A DNA stretch of 63,486 nucleotides, filler included, from Chiloscyllium plagiosum (GCF_004010195.1; 5 parts of one record of this genome joined end to end with filler, not necessarily neighbours in it); one strand, 5' to 3'. Positions 26,301 to 38,749 are shown, counted from the whole stretch's first letter. A program made the numbers and translations. Notes: generated by a model from the letters alone, not told the origin.

Positions 26301-26794
26301 CACATACACTTCAAGTACAGAAGTTGACATTGTGGAAAAGAAACGATTTAGATTATTACCTTAAATGGATAGAGTTAAAGTAACGAATTGGAGGCGTGAC
26401 ACCAGGGAGATGCCATCAGCAGAATGAGAATATGAAAATGGAAGTGTTACCGCATCAGAAACCAGGTTAGGTCACTGAATACAGGGCTGATGCCAAGGTT
26501 GGAATCACGTGCACATAAACCTGTTGACAACCCAAGAAAGCTACCACACGTGACTGGTTGCATTCCAAATAGCAGAATGAACTTCTGATGGAGAGGGGGA
26601 AATGGTCACAAGACTAACAGATTGGATCTAAGCTCTGTCGTCCTGCTAAATCCAAGCATAAATGTCGATGGACTATTTAACAATTTACTGGAGGAGAGAC
26701 CTCTACAAATATCCTCATCCCAAAAATCGGAACAACTCTGTACATCAGTGAAAAAAAAGTCAAGGGTGTGGTGTCTGCACTATCCTCAGCCAGA
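23353..26794 (+). repeat. Segmental duplication copy C (~3.4 kb)
   Basis: Colinear with 13096-16574, with scattered substitutions and small indels. Confidence 0.95.
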
Positions 26795-26894
26795 NNNNNN
26801 NNNNNNNNNNNNNNNNNNNNNNNNNNNNNNNNNNNNNNTTAATTAATTAANNNNNNNNNNNNNNNNNNNNNNNNNNNNNNNNNNNNNNNNNNNN
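26795..26894. other. Artificial contig-joining spacer
   Basis: N44-TTAATTAATTAA-N44 (stop codons in all six frames); the same spacer recurs at 36087, 55881 and 59357. Confidence 0.9.
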
Positions 26895-26939
26895 CTCAGT
26901 TGTAGATTTCACTTTTGAACGTGACTTGTGTAGTTACTA

Positions 26940-27015
26940 GTTCCTGATGAAGAGCTCATGCTCGGAGCATCGATTCCCCTGCTCCTTGGATGCTGCCTGA
27001 CCTGCTGTGCTTTTA
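26940..27015 (+). mobile_element. Penelope-type terminal fragment with degenerate hammerhead core
   Basis: 'ctgatga a gagc tcat gctc ggag' (GAAA mutated) followed by 'gatgctgcctgacctgctgtgctttt'. Confidence 0.7.
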
Positions 27016-27017
27016 CG

Positions 27018-27390
27018 ACATAGAACATAGAAGATTACAGCGCAGTTGAGGCCCTTCAGCCCTTGATGTTGCGCCAACCTGTCGAACCAATCTGAAGCCC
27101 TTCTAAACGACACTATTCTATTTTCGCCCATATGACTATCCAATGACCGTTTAAATGCCCTTAAAGTTGGCGACTCAACTACTGTTGCAGGCAGTGCGTT
27201 CCATGCGCCTACTATTCTGAGTGAAGAAACTACCTCTGACATCTGTCCTATACCTATCACCCCTCAATATAAAGCTAAGTCCCCTCAGGCCAGCCATCAC
27301 CGTCCAAGGAAAAAGGCTATCACTGTCCACCCTGTCTAACCCTTTGATTATCTTATATATCTCAATTAAGTTGCCTCTCAAACTTCTTCT
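27018..27390 (-). mobile_element. CR1 3' end
   Basis: 'RGNLIEIYKIIKGLDRVD...RGDRYRTDVRGSFFTQ' and a (catagaa)n tail on the plus strand. Confidence 0.9.
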
Positions 27391-27399
27391 CGCTTAATA

Positions 27400-27747
27400 T
27401 ATTCTTTTTTAATGCTGCAGTTTCTGCACACAGCTTCTTTCCAGCAGCAATTTGCTGCTGCCTGACATGTGTTTCCACAGCAGTGGCAGTTTTGTGTCTG
27501 CGTTGGTGCTTGTCCCTGGGCCACCATTTTGTGAACTCTCAGCCACCATTTTGTGAGGTGTTGACCTTCCTTGGCTGCGAGTTCCATCACGGTTGCCATT
27601 CCCAGCACTTTCATTTAAGTGTAGTCACCTTTGCGTCAGTAATCTCTTCTGGATCGCTTCACATCTTACGGCAGGCTGCTACAAAAGGTAGAGTCTCGTG
27701 GGATCTGAGGTGAGTCTGCGTTGGTGCTTGTCCCTGGGCCACCATTA
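27400..27747 (-). mobile_element. Gypsy-like gag zinc-knuckle fragment
   Basis: 'CHCCGNTCQAAANCCWKEAVCRNCS' resembles CxxCGxxHxxxxC-x-FKEAxCxxC; a 33-bp direct repeat at ~27496 and ~27715. Confidence 0.55.
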
Positions 27748-27749
27748 AG

Positions 27750-27995
27750 GGGGGGTAGATATAGGACTGGTGTTAGGGGTAGGTTCTTCACTCAGTGAGT
27801 CGTTAGTTCATGGAATGCCCTGCCAGTAACAGTGGTGGACTCTCCCTCTTTATGGGCATTTAAGAGGGCATTGGATAGGTATATGGAGGATAGTGGGTTA
27901 GTGTAGTTTAGGTGGGCTTGGATCGGCGCAACATCGAGGGCCCAAGGGCCTGTACTGCGCTGTATTCTTCTATGTTCTATGTTCTATGTTCTATA
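27750..27995 (+). mobile_element. CR1 3' end
   Basis: 'gggggtagatataggactggtgttaggggtaggttcttcactcag...' with a (ctatgtt)3 tail. Confidence 0.9.
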
Positions 27996-28459
27996 TATTG
28001 AATGGTGTCCAGTTCTTGGTGTACATGGACACAGACTGCTTCAAGAGCCGGGGAGGGTCAACTTGTTCTAAATATCAGTGAAGATCCCCAATTCTGCTCA
28101 GTTTGGACTCAATTGACTGAATGGCCTCCTTCCACTCTGTAAGGACTCTATGATGACAAAGTGGGGATGCCTGGGCTGAGGGAGCTACTCTGAGGATCTC
28201 TTGCACAGATGGCCCACGGTTGAGATGATTGATGCCCACCGATGATAAACATCTCCCTTGTGTTGTGACTGACTCCAAACAGTGGAGAGGTCGCAAACAA
28301 TTCACATTCAGTTCAATTTTCCTCAGATTTCTTGATGTCATCCTCGGTCTAATACTGCCTTGTGTTCAGAGCCAGTCTCTCTGTCTAATCCCCCGTGTTT
28401 CCTCTTTTTTGTCATATCACTAGGTCATGGTGTAGAAGTTGATCTAGATCATTGAAAGG

Positions 28460-28920
28460 GACCAGTGGTGTCCTGCAGGGATCCGTTCTGAGACCTCTGC
28501 ACTTTGTGATGTTTATAGCTGACTTGGATAAGGAAGTGGAAGGATCGGTTAGTAAGTTTGCCAATGACACGAAGGTTTGTGAAGTGGTACATGGGTGTTT
28601 GGAGGGCTGTTGTAGGTTGCAACGGGACATTGACATAATGCAGAGCTGGGCTAAGAAGTGGCAGATGAAATTCAAACTGGTAAAGTGTGAAGTAATCCCC
28701 TTTGCAAGCTCAAATTTGAATGCAGAATACAGGGTTATAGGCAGGGTTCTTGGCAGTGTGGAAGAACAGAGGGATTTTGGCGTCAGTGTCGCTAGATCAC
28801 TCAAAGATACGACTCAAATTGGTCGGGTTGTTAAGAAGGCGAATGGTGTGTATGCTTTCATTAGCAGGAAGATTAAGAGACGTGTTGTTATGCTGCAGGT
28901 CTCTCGAGCCCTGGTTAGTC
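28460..28920 (+). mobile_element. CR1 RT fragment
   Basis: 'SGVLQGSVLRPLHFVMFIADLD...SKFANDTK...WAKKWQMKF'. Confidence 0.9.
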
Positions 28921-28924
28921 CGCT

Positions 28925-30080
28925 TTCATCACATTCTCTGAAAGCACTTTCCGTAAATACACCAACCTCTGCATGAAAACGTTACCCCTAAAGTCCATTC
29001 TAAATCCTTCCGCGTCACCTTCAACCTATACAGTCTAGTACTGGACAATGAAATAAAGACCTTCAGACTATCCATAAACCTTATGATTTTATAAACCTTT
29101 GCCATGTCACCCCTCAGCATCCGATAGTCCAGCGGAGAAAAGCCTCAAACTGCTCATCCTCTCCCTGTAGACGAAAGCTTCAGGTTCCAGAAAACCATTG
29201 TAAATCTTTCCTGCACCCTCTCAATCTTAACAACATCCATCCTTTAGCAGAGCCAACCAAATTGTACGCAGTATTCTTAAAGTGTGTTCTTACAGCATCC
29301 TGTATAAAAGCAACATGTTACCCCAACTCCTATACTCAATGTTCTTAGCAAATCAGGCAAGCATGCCAACCGCGTTCTTCACCACCCTCTCTATCTCAAC
29401 TCCACTTTCAAGGAACTGTGAATCTGCACCCGTAGGTCTCTATGTTCAGTTACATACCCCAGGGCACGACCTTGCTTTAACTTAACAAAATGCAAAACCT
29501 CACAAATATCTAGATTATCTGCCAGTCTGTGACCCTGTCATGATCAACGGTGCTGTTGTACTCTGAAATAATCTTCTTCACTGTCCACTACACCACCTTT
29601 TTGATTTTATCTGTAAATTTACTAACTATGCCTCCAATATTTACATCCAAGTCGTTTATATATATATGATGAAAAGCAGTGTGCTCAGCACTGATTTAAT
29701 TTAGCACACCGGTGGCGACAGGCCTCCAGTCTGGAAAACAATCTGTTACCTTCAAGACAATTTTGTATCCAATTGGTTAGGTTTCCCTGGATTCCATGTG
29801 ACCTAACATTAATAATCTGTCTACAATAGGGAACCGTATTAAATGCCTTGCCGAAGTCTGTGAAAACAATATATACGACAGCACATTCTTCAATGTTCTT
29901 CGTCACCTCTTCAAAATACTCAATCACATTAATGAGACATGATTTCCATCACACAAAGCCATGTTCACTATCCCCAATTAGTCCTTATCTTTCTAAATGG
30001 ATGTAAGTCCTATCCCTCAGAACTCCCTCCAACAAACACCTCTACATTGACGTTAGGCTGACTGAGTCGATAATTTCCTG
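28925..30080 (-). mobile_element. CR1 RT/3' fragment, convergent with the preceding copy
   Basis: 'IEYFEEVTK...DFGKAFNTVPY...SHGIQGNLTNWIQN' and 'RGDMAKVYKII'. Confidence 0.85.
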
Positions 30081-30089
30081 TGTTTTTTG

Positions 30090-30240
30090 GATCGCTGTTA
30101 CCTTTTCTAGTCCCACTCCTCCACTGGCCACAAAAAAATATATAACTAGGTTGGTGATATAGCCAATGATATAGTTCTCAGAGTGTGTCAGGGTCAGTGT
30201 TAGGAACAAGTCAGCCAGATTTCTTTAATCTGCTAAAACA
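30090..30240 (-). repeat. Inverted, diverged paralog of the cassette start (11590-11745)
   Basis: 'ccttttctagtcccactcctccact...ggaacaagtcagccagatttctttaatc' is the reverse complement of 'gattaaagaaatctgtctgacttgttcct...agtggaggagtgggactagaaaagg'. Confidence 0.85.
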
Positions 30241-30376
30241 ACACGATTATGACCAAAACAAAGTTACACAAACTATGATGGAAAGAGGAATGACGAGAGG
30301 ATATTGCAAATATTTAAATTAATATTTCCCTTTGAAAAATACAGTGGCACACACAAACTCTCTATCTCTCTCTCAT

Positions 30377-30387
30377 ACACACACACA

Positions 30388-30454
<67 letters not shown>
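30377..30454. repeat. (CA)n microsatellite
   Basis: Read directly; preceded by a short (CT)n run. Confidence 0.98.
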
Positions 30455-30459
<5 letters not shown>

Positions 30460-30579
30460 GTAACAAACTGAAACGCAAAATATCTGCAGCGTTATCTTGA
30501 CAGAACTTTGTCCAAATAGTCGTCGAATTCATGACAAAAGGAAATATGAGAGTCTGGCCCAAATGCTGTTCTATTTGTA

Positions 30580-33500
30580 GAGTCATCAAATCCTACAGCA
30601 TGGAGAGAGGCCCTTTTGCCCAAACCGGTCCATGCTGACCCAAATGTCCATCCACACTAAGTTCATTTCCCAGCACTTGGCCCATAGCCTTCTTGTCCTT
30701 TCCTGTCCATGTACTTGTCCAAATGCCGTTTAAATATTGTTAACATAAATGAATCAACCAGTTACGCTGGCAGCTCATTTTTTATTGTGTACCATTCTCT
30801 GCGTAAAACAGTTGCCATCAGTTTCCCTTTTATTCTTTCCCCTCTCACCTTAAACTGATGCTCCCTCGACCTCAATTCTCCAACTCTGGGAAAAAAGGCT
30901 GAATCAATTCACCCTATCCATACCTCTCATAATCTCGTACACTTCTCTAAGATCCCCCTCAGTCTCCGACGCTCGAAAGAAAATAGTCCTTACTTGTCCA
31001 ACCCCTCTCTATATACCATACTGTTGAGTCTTTGCAACATCTTTGTAAATTCCGTCTGCACACATTCCAGTTTAGAAACATCCTTCTGATCTCAAAGTGA
31101 CCAAAACTGAACACAAAACGACAAGTGCAGCCTCACCAACATCCTGTATAACTGCCACATAACTTCCAAACTTCTCTCCTCCATGTCCTGACCGATGAAT
31201 GCTAGTGTGCCAAAAGCGTTCTTCACTGTCATGTCTACCTTGAGACTCCACTTTAAGAGAATGGTGAACCTGAACTCCATGGTCCCTCTGCTCAATTACA
31301 CTCCTTAAGACCTGACCATTCACCATGAAACCCCTACCTTGATCTGACTTTGCAAACATATTCTTCAGCCCACTTCTCCAGATTGATGAAGGTCCTGCTG
31401 CAATTTCTGATAAACTTCCTCACTATCCACGATGCCACCCATTTTAATGTCACCTTCACATTTACTAATCATGCCTTTTACATTCTCAAGATTATCATTG
31501 ATATCGATAATAAACAACAATCGGCCCAGCAGCGACCCCTGAGGCATTTCATATGTCACAGGCCTCCAGTGCGAGAGCATCCTTCCACTATTACCCTCTG
31601 CCTACTACCATCATGCCGATTGTGTGTTCAATTTGCCAGATCCCTCTGGATTCCATTAGATTCTAACCTTCCAGACCAGCCTATCAAGGGCAACCGTTTC
31701 AAAGGCCTTACTGAAAATGATATAGACTGTGTCTATCGCCCTGCACTCACCAACATTCCTGGTCGCTTCATCAAAGAACTCAAACAAATTTGTGAGGCAT
31801 GATCTCCCGCTCACAAAGCCATGCAATCTTTCCAATTCAAAAACAACTATTAATAATGATTATTTAAATTAATAATAACAAACAATAATAAGTAATATTA
31901 AGATGACATTTTCAGTGGAGAATAAATACCATGGTGTGTGGTATTGGAATTGCATCATGCATGATGGGCAGAATAGATTTTGTCCCTGTGTCATTGAACT
32001 ATGTTGACAAAACGTAAGGGTGGCATGGTGGCTGAGTGGTTAGCACTGTTGCCTCATAGTGCCATTAATCGGACTTAATTCCAGCTGCGGGTGACTCTCT
32101 GTGTGGAGTTTGCACATTCTCCCTGTGTTTGTGTGGGTTTCCTCTGGGTGCTCCATTTTCCTCCCACAATCCAAAGATTCACAGGTCAGATGAATTAGCC
32201 ATGCTAATTTACCCATAGTAAATATAGGGTAGGGGAATGGGACTGGGTGGGTTGCTGTTTGGAGGGTTGATGTGGACGTCTTGGGCGAAGTAGCCTGTTT
32301 CCATACTGTAGGAAATCTAAAAAAAAAACGTATTTCGAATCAAACGCTGTCTTTCCAAATGCACATAAATCTTATCCCTTGGAGTCTTCTCAAGTACCCT
32401 ACCTACCACAGATGTTAGGCTTCCTGGTCTATAGTTTCCAGATTTTTCTTTGCTTCCCTTCCGGAATAATGGCACAACATTTGCTCCCCTCCAAAATTCT
32501 GAACCATAACCTGTGGCTAACGTTGATGCAAAAATATCAACCAGGTCCCCGTAGTTTCTTCTGTAGTCTCTTGCAGTGTTCTTGGAAGCATCAGTTTAGG
32601 ACCAAGAGATGTATCCTCATTCATACATTCTAATGCATCCAACAAGTCCTCTCCTATGATATTGACTAACCCAAGATATCACCACGACCTTTGTTAAGCT
32701 CGCAAGTCTTCATTTATTTCTCCACGGTAAAGACAGAGGAGAAATATTCATTAAGAATCTCACACGTCTCCTACGGTTCTAGACAAGCATGTCCACTTTG
32801 GACCTTGAAGGGTCATATTCTCATTTAGTTATTCTTGTTTTGTTAAATAACCTCTTTAATATAATATACTGAAAGAACCTCTTTGGATTCACCCAAATCT
32901 TTTCAGATGAGGCTATCATGTGCCCCCTTTTCGCCCTCCTGATTTCCTTCTTCAGTAAACTCCTGTGTTCCCCTATTTCCCTCCAGGGATTCCCTTGATC
33001 CCAGCTGCATGGACTGAGCTACGCCGCCTTTTTGCTGGTCAAAGGCTCAATACCTCCTGACATCCAGGGTTCCCTATTCCTGCTAACCTTGCCTTTTACC
33101 CTCACAGGAACATATAGACCTTGAACTGTAGACATTCCACTTTTAAAGGTCTCCCACATGCAGGAGGTCCCTTCGCCTGCAAATAAACTCCTCCAACCAA
33201 CATCTACAAGCTCCTGTCTAATTCCATCATAATTCGCCTTGCCCTAATTTTGAACTTGAACATATGGACCAATTTTGTCCTTCTCCATAACTATTTAAAA
33301 CTAATACAACTATGGTCATTGGTCCCAGCGTGCTCCCCCACTGTCACCACAGTCACCTGTCCTGCCCTAGTTCTTCGAGTATGTCAAGTGTTCCTGCTTC
33401 CCGAGTTGCACCCTCTACATACTGCTTGGGGAAACGTTCCTGAACACACTTAATAGATGCACCCCATCTTCGTCCTTAATTCTATGTCATTTTCCTATGT

Positions 33501-34560
33501 TAGGAACATTAAAATCTCCTACTATGGCAATCCCATTGGCCCTGCAAGTCTCCCCAATTGCTCTACATATTTTTGTTCCGCTAATTCCTCGTTTACTATT
33601 TGAGGGCCTATGGAACAACCCAAATAATAGCACCATTCCCCTCTTATTTCTAATCTCCCGCACAAATCTTCACTGGATGATCTATCAGTTATTTTATCTC
33701 TGATTACTGCTGTGATACTCGCCTTAATCAAAAATGAAACTCCCCACACCTCCTTCCACCATCTCTGTCCCGCATTAAGCACCTGTACCCTGGTACATTA
33801 AGCTGCTAGTCCTGTCCCTCGCTTAGCCATGTTTCTGTAATGTCCACGTATCTATCCACACACTGCGTTCATCGGCCTTACCTGTCAGCCATCTTACATG
33901 GAAACAGATGCAATTTAATCCAACAGGCATTCCTTGCTCCCTCTCGTGTTCCTGCCTAACCTATCTCTGCACTTTACTGTTTGTGATTACTGTATCTCCT
34001 TCCAGCCGTGCACTTGCCTCCCTGCTGTTGAGGATCCCACGCTGTCCCCCACGCCAACCAATCTAGTTGAAACACTCCCTTGTAGCACTAGCAAACCTGT
34101 CTGCCAGGATATTGCTCCCCTTCCAGTTCAGCTACAACCCGTCCTTCCTGAACAGGTCACTTCTGCCCCACAAAAGGTCCGAGTGATCTAAAACTCTGAA
34201 TTCCTACCTCCTGAACCAATTATGTAGCCATGCATTCAGCTGCCATGTCCTCCTGTTCTTACCCTCACGAGCACAGAGTACTGGAACTAAACCGGATATT
34301 ACCACTGTCGTGGTCCTGGCTTTTACCCCTTTTTTCCTCGCTCTGTACCATCACTCTGCAGGACCTCATCACTATTTCTACCTGTGTCATTTGTACCAAT
34401 GTGCACAGTGACTTCTGTCTGCTCCCCTACCCCGTGAGAATGTTCTGCAGCCGCTCTGAGACATCCTGGGTCCTGGCACGTAGGAGACTATACATCATCT
34501 TGGATTCCCATTTGCAACCACAGAATCTCTTGTCTGTTCCCCTCACTATCGAGTCTGAAT
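30580..34560 (-). mobile_element. Long decayed CR1 LINE (ORF1 remnant to 3' UTR)
   Basis: 3' UTR at ~30590; 'QLYRMLVRLHLSFCVQFWS'; 'WRPVTYEMPQGSLLGRLLFIIDINDNL'; EN-region and ORF1-like sequence up to ~34560. Confidence 0.85.
32018..32322 (+). mobile_element. tRNA-derived SINE (HE1-like) nested in CR1
   Basis: 'gggtggcatggtggctgagtggttagcactgttgcctca', body 'gtgtggagtttgcacattctccc', tail 'gcctgtttccatactgtagg'. Confidence 0.85.
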
Positions 34561-34594
34561 AATTACTTCTGAATTTATTCGTCTCGCGTAACCT

Positions 34595-34790
34595 TCTGAC
34601 AATGGGATTTCTTCCTGAAACAGTTGGATATGGCTGAATTGCTTTGCTTCAGGCATTGGGGAGATTTCAATGAATCATCATCAGGAATCTTCCCTGAGTG
34701 GGAAAGACGACTCGGCTTTGTTTTCACTCCCACACATTGCTGTGTTGAGCGGCAGGGAAACAGAAAGGGAGCAATAGGCTGTGCCTTCAC
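34595..34790 (+). pseudogene. Possible decayed Ig/TCR V-like segment, 3' half; paralog of 44480-44680(-)
   Basis: DNA similarity to the reverse complement of 44480-44680 is clear. Frameshifted peptides 'FASGIG', 'F.*IIIRNL', 'KDDSALF' resemble V-domain D/E/F strands; followed by 'cacattg'-20 nt-'acagaaagg'. Confidence 0.3.
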
Positions 34791-35777
34791 AGTTAGGCTA
34801 CACTTTTCCACCTGTAAGTTAAATCAGTAACGTTATCAGACCCCAAACGGGACCATGTGAGCTCCCCTTGAATATTGTCTGAACTATGTGACTCCATCAC
34901 ATTTTCGACTCCAGGTCAGTGCATTAAAGCTGTTGTCGTACACAGAATTAATTCATTAACAGTAAATGGCGATACTTGTTTTGAAGATGTGTTAATACGT
35001 GCCTGCGTAATGTAAAAAAAAACGCTTGATGACTTCATAATATCTGTGTTAAGATGAATATGTTTTATTCTTAAACTAATACAGAAATTGCTGGAAAAGC
35101 TCAGCCTGTCTGGCATCAGATATGAAGAGAAATCAGAGTCCCTTTTTACGATCCAATCACCTTTCCTTTGAATCTGACTTATTCTTAAATTATTTCCCCA
35201 ATTTTATTCTCCCACACAAGAAGAAATATCCATCCGTAATTCAACAACTACACTCTTCTCAAGATGTCATACGGTCAATAAAACATCTCTCATTCTCAGT
35301 TCGAACTGTTCCTTCTTCGAAACGTAAAGCCTTCATCCCAAGAATGAGTAAAGAGAAAAATCTTTGCAACGTTTCGAAAGCAATTTTGTTTTTATCAGTT
35401 AAGGCAATTAAAACTAAACAGAATACATCAGGTGTGATCTCAGCAATGCCCTGTACTGATGCAAAAAATCGCTAAGATCAAACACAACACCCCTTGCACG
35501 AAACAGAATAATTCCAGTTACTTCCAAATCACCAGCTGCATCTTCAGAGTAATTTGATGTGATTCATGTACAAAGACACACAGATCCCTCTGTACCACTG
35601 AGTTCTACATTCTCTTTGCATTTAAATAATTTTCTGCTGTTTTGTCTTTTCCCCAAAACAGAAAATTCCCATCACACACACACACATACACACATATATA
35701 TATATACATATAATAGTACTTTTTTTTCTGCTGAAGGTTTGCTCAAAACTGTCCTCTGTCTGGATGCCAGGTGCTAT

Positions 35778-36086
35778 GCCCCTCCCCCTCTGTATCCCAT
35801 TGCAGACGCTCTGCCTCCCCTGTTTATATCCCATTGCAGACGCTCTACCTCCCCCGTCTGTATCAATTTGCAGACGCTTGCCCTCCCCCTGTCTGTGTCC
35901 CATTGCAGACGATCTGCCCTTCCCCTGTCTGTACCCCATTGCAGACGCTCAAACTCCCGTCTGCATCCCATTGCAGATACTGTGCCCTGCCTCTGTCTGT
36001 GTCCAATTGCAGACGCTCTGCCCTCCCCCTGTATATATCCCATAGCAGACGCTCTGCCCCTCCCCTGTCTGCATCCCATTGCAGAC
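35778..36086. repeat. ~39-40 bp minisatellite, ~8 copies
   Basis: Unit approx. 'ccctccccctgtctgtatcccattgcagacgctctgc'. Confidence 0.95.
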
Positions 36087-36186
36087 NNNNNNNNNNNNNN
36101 NNNNNNNNNNNNNNNNNNNNNNNNNNNNNNTTAATTAATTAANNNNNNNNNNNNNNNNNNNNNNNNNNNNNNNNNNNNNNNNNNNN
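36087..36186. other. Artificial contig-joining spacer
   Basis: N-run/TTAATTAATTAA/N-run. Confidence 0.9.
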
Positions 36187-36747
36187 GTAAACAACCCGAG
36201 CTTATCCACCCTCTCTCCATAGCTGATATGGTCCATCCCAGGGAACGTCCTGGTGAATCTCCTCTGCAACCCCCTCCAGTACAATCACATTCTTCCTGTA
36301 ATTGGCTCCCAGAACTATACACAGTATTCCATCTTGGCCTAACCAAAGTTCTGCAGAGCTCTTATAATCTGTGCCTCGATGAATAAAGGCTATGCTTACG
36401 CTCCCCTTTGCATTCTCAACTTGTGTATTAACCTGTCCAGTCACATTCAGGGATGTGTGGAGAAACTCCCTCTGAGCTCCCTGGTGTGCTGCCATTCACT
36501 GAGTACTCCGCTGTCTGCTTCCTTCTTCCAAAGTGCATCACCTCATATTTATCAGCGTTGCATTCCATCTGCTATTGATCTGTCCATCTGACCATTCCAT
36601 CTGTATCTTCCTGTAACATAAAACCTTCCTCCTCACTGCCAACCACCCGGTCAATCGTTGTATCAAACACAAACTTAGTTATCACACTCTCCCCACCCCT
36701 CGTCCATATTTACAGATGCACCATTTATGAATACCACAAATGATAAG

Positions 36748-36925
36748 GTTATAGATCACACAACACCAGGTTATAGTCCAACATGTTTATTCGGAGGCAC
36801 TAGCTTTCGAAGTGCTGCTCCTTCATCAGGTGGTTGTGCGCTTTGAAAGCTCGTGCCTCTGAATAAACCTGGTGTGTGTTATTCTTAACATTGTCCACCC
36901 CAGTCCTACACAGGCACCTCCGATT
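36748..36925 (-). mobile_element. Short palindromic Penelope-type element carrying a minimal hammerhead ribozyme, with TSD
   Basis: Flanked by cacaaatgataag (36735-36747) and cacaaataataag (36926-36938); internal inverted arms 'tttattcggaggcactagctttc' / 'gaaagctcgtgcctctgaataaa'. Confidence 0.7.
36798..36832 (-). ncRNA. Minimal type I hammerhead ribozyme (intact core)
   Basis: Minus strand 'cac CTGATGA a ggag cagca cttc GAAA g CTA gtg': stem I cac/gtg, stem II ggag/cttc, palindromic AGCT stem III, NUH triplet CUA. Confidence 0.75.
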
Positions 36926-37481
36926 CACAAATAATAAGTGTCACAACATTGATCCCTATTTTGCATCATTAGACACCGGCCTCCAGTCACACCAACAGGC
37001 TTCTACCATCACCCTCTGACTCCTACCACTAAAGTTGATTTAGATGCAACTTGGCAAGTCACTAATGACTCCTACCTATTCCCTGGTTATTCTGTTCTAC
37101 ATGACACACTTGTTCAATACCTGGGGATTCTCCCTAAACATGCCGTGCCAGCAGGTTTCCATGCTCCTGTATTAGTCAGTCCTCTCCGAGTCAAGAATTT
37201 CCTCCTTATTGCTGTCTTAAATGGCCTGTCCCATATCCTGACATTATTTGCCTTAAATGTAGAGTAGACAGCCAGATAAACATCCTGTTTATTTCCACCT
37301 TGTCATATGTTTAGTGAATTTTCTAAATTTCACTGAGATCACCTCTCATTCTTTGAAACCCGAGAGAACACAGGCCAAGTTTCTGCATCAGACAATCTCG
37401 CCATCTGAAGGACAAACCTGGAGAATGTCTATTGCACTTCCTCTGTGGTCAATATATCTTTCTCAGATAAGGTCACCAAAA

Positions 37482-37722
37482 CTGTACACAATACTCCAGG
37501 TACAGGCTCACCAACCCTGTACACAATACTCCAGGTACAGTCTCACCAACCCTGGACACAATACTCCAGGTACAGTTTCACCAACCCTGTACACAATACT
37601 TCAGGTACAGTCTCACCAAATCTGTACACAATATTCCAGGTACAGCCTCACCAACCCTGTACACAATACTCCAGGTACAGTCTCACCAACCCTGTACACA
37701 ATACTCCAGGTACAATCTAACC
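37482..37722. repeat. 35-bp minisatellite, ~7 copies, derived from CR1 RT sequence
   Basis: Unit 'ctgtacacaatactccaggtacagtctcaccaacc' is the reverse complement of the LVRxxLEYCVQ-coding segment of the surrounding LINE. Confidence 0.9.
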
Positions 37723-38749
37723 AATACACTATGAAACTACTTCAGCATTTTGTTGCATCGATATTCTGATTCCTTTCATTGAAGGTTAAACCAACTTTAA
37801 CTTTCCACTTACATATATTCTTCCAAATACCTTTCAAATGTTCCGAAGTTATCAAGTATGATTTCCTTTCAGAAATGTATACTGATTCTCTCCAATGTTG
37901 CTGTTAATTTCCAAATATGCAATATCGCATCCTGTCCCATAGATTCCAAACGTTTCTCTACAGGTGTCAAGTTAATTGGTCTGCATTTTTTCACACTATC
38001 ACTTTTTCCGTGTCTAGATGCCTGAATCCATTCCATTCATCTCCCTACCATGCTTGGATCTCGCTTATTACCTTCCATTTATCTACATTGGCTTTCCAGC
38101 CTCAAGAATGTACAGGAAAATAAAAGACAGTCATCGATAGTGCAATTAATACTTTTATTGTTGATTTATTTCTGTCACTTTGAAATGAATTACATCTGTT
38201 TCGTTCGACATGGCACTGCTCCATCCAGCTGCATGTTCAAGTATTATCTTGGTACTGATATGAATTGACTTTGTGTCTTTAGTTCCACCAGTGCTATATG
38301 CTCACGTGGTATTTCTGGGTGATTTTCTGGATCTTCCTCCATGAAGACAGATGCAAAGTAACTGGTTATTTCTTGGCCATTTCCCTGTTCTCCACAATAA
38401 CCTCTCCTCTCCCGATTACAAATTTCCACATTTGACCTTGCTTCTATTTTGTTTCCTTTGAAATACATATGTAGACTTATGCAGTCTTTGTGTTCCTGTT
38501 TGTTAGCATGTATGTTCGCTTTTTGATTTCCTTATCAGTTTCATGGCCCTCCTTTTCTGGACTGTAAATTTCTTACATTTCTCAGGATTCCATAATGTCT
38601 GGAATTCTTCTGAAGTCACTTCATATGATTAATATAATCTTTAATTTGTTATGTTAACCAACATTAAGTCACTTTCTCACTCTTGGGTGTTTTTACCATA
38701 AAGAAATTGACTTTTGCTTCAGACTTTGCAGTATTTCTAGAAACGGATA

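Larger units (their letters stand above)
36190..38745 (-). mobile_element. Cluster of decayed CR1 fragments
   Basis: Minus-strand CR1 RT and C-terminal motifs (e.g. 'IAFIHRGTDYKS', 'YFASVFMEED'). Confidence 0.7.

Noticed and set aside
26795..26894. TTAATTAATTAA palindrome inside N runs (four occurrences) as a biological motif
   Set aside because: Identical 100-bp layout each time with stops in all six frames; an artificial joiner.
37482..37722. CRISPR-like array (35-bp repeats)
   Set aside because: Repeats are contiguous with no unique spacers, derive from a LINE, and the DNA is vertebrate with no cas genes.
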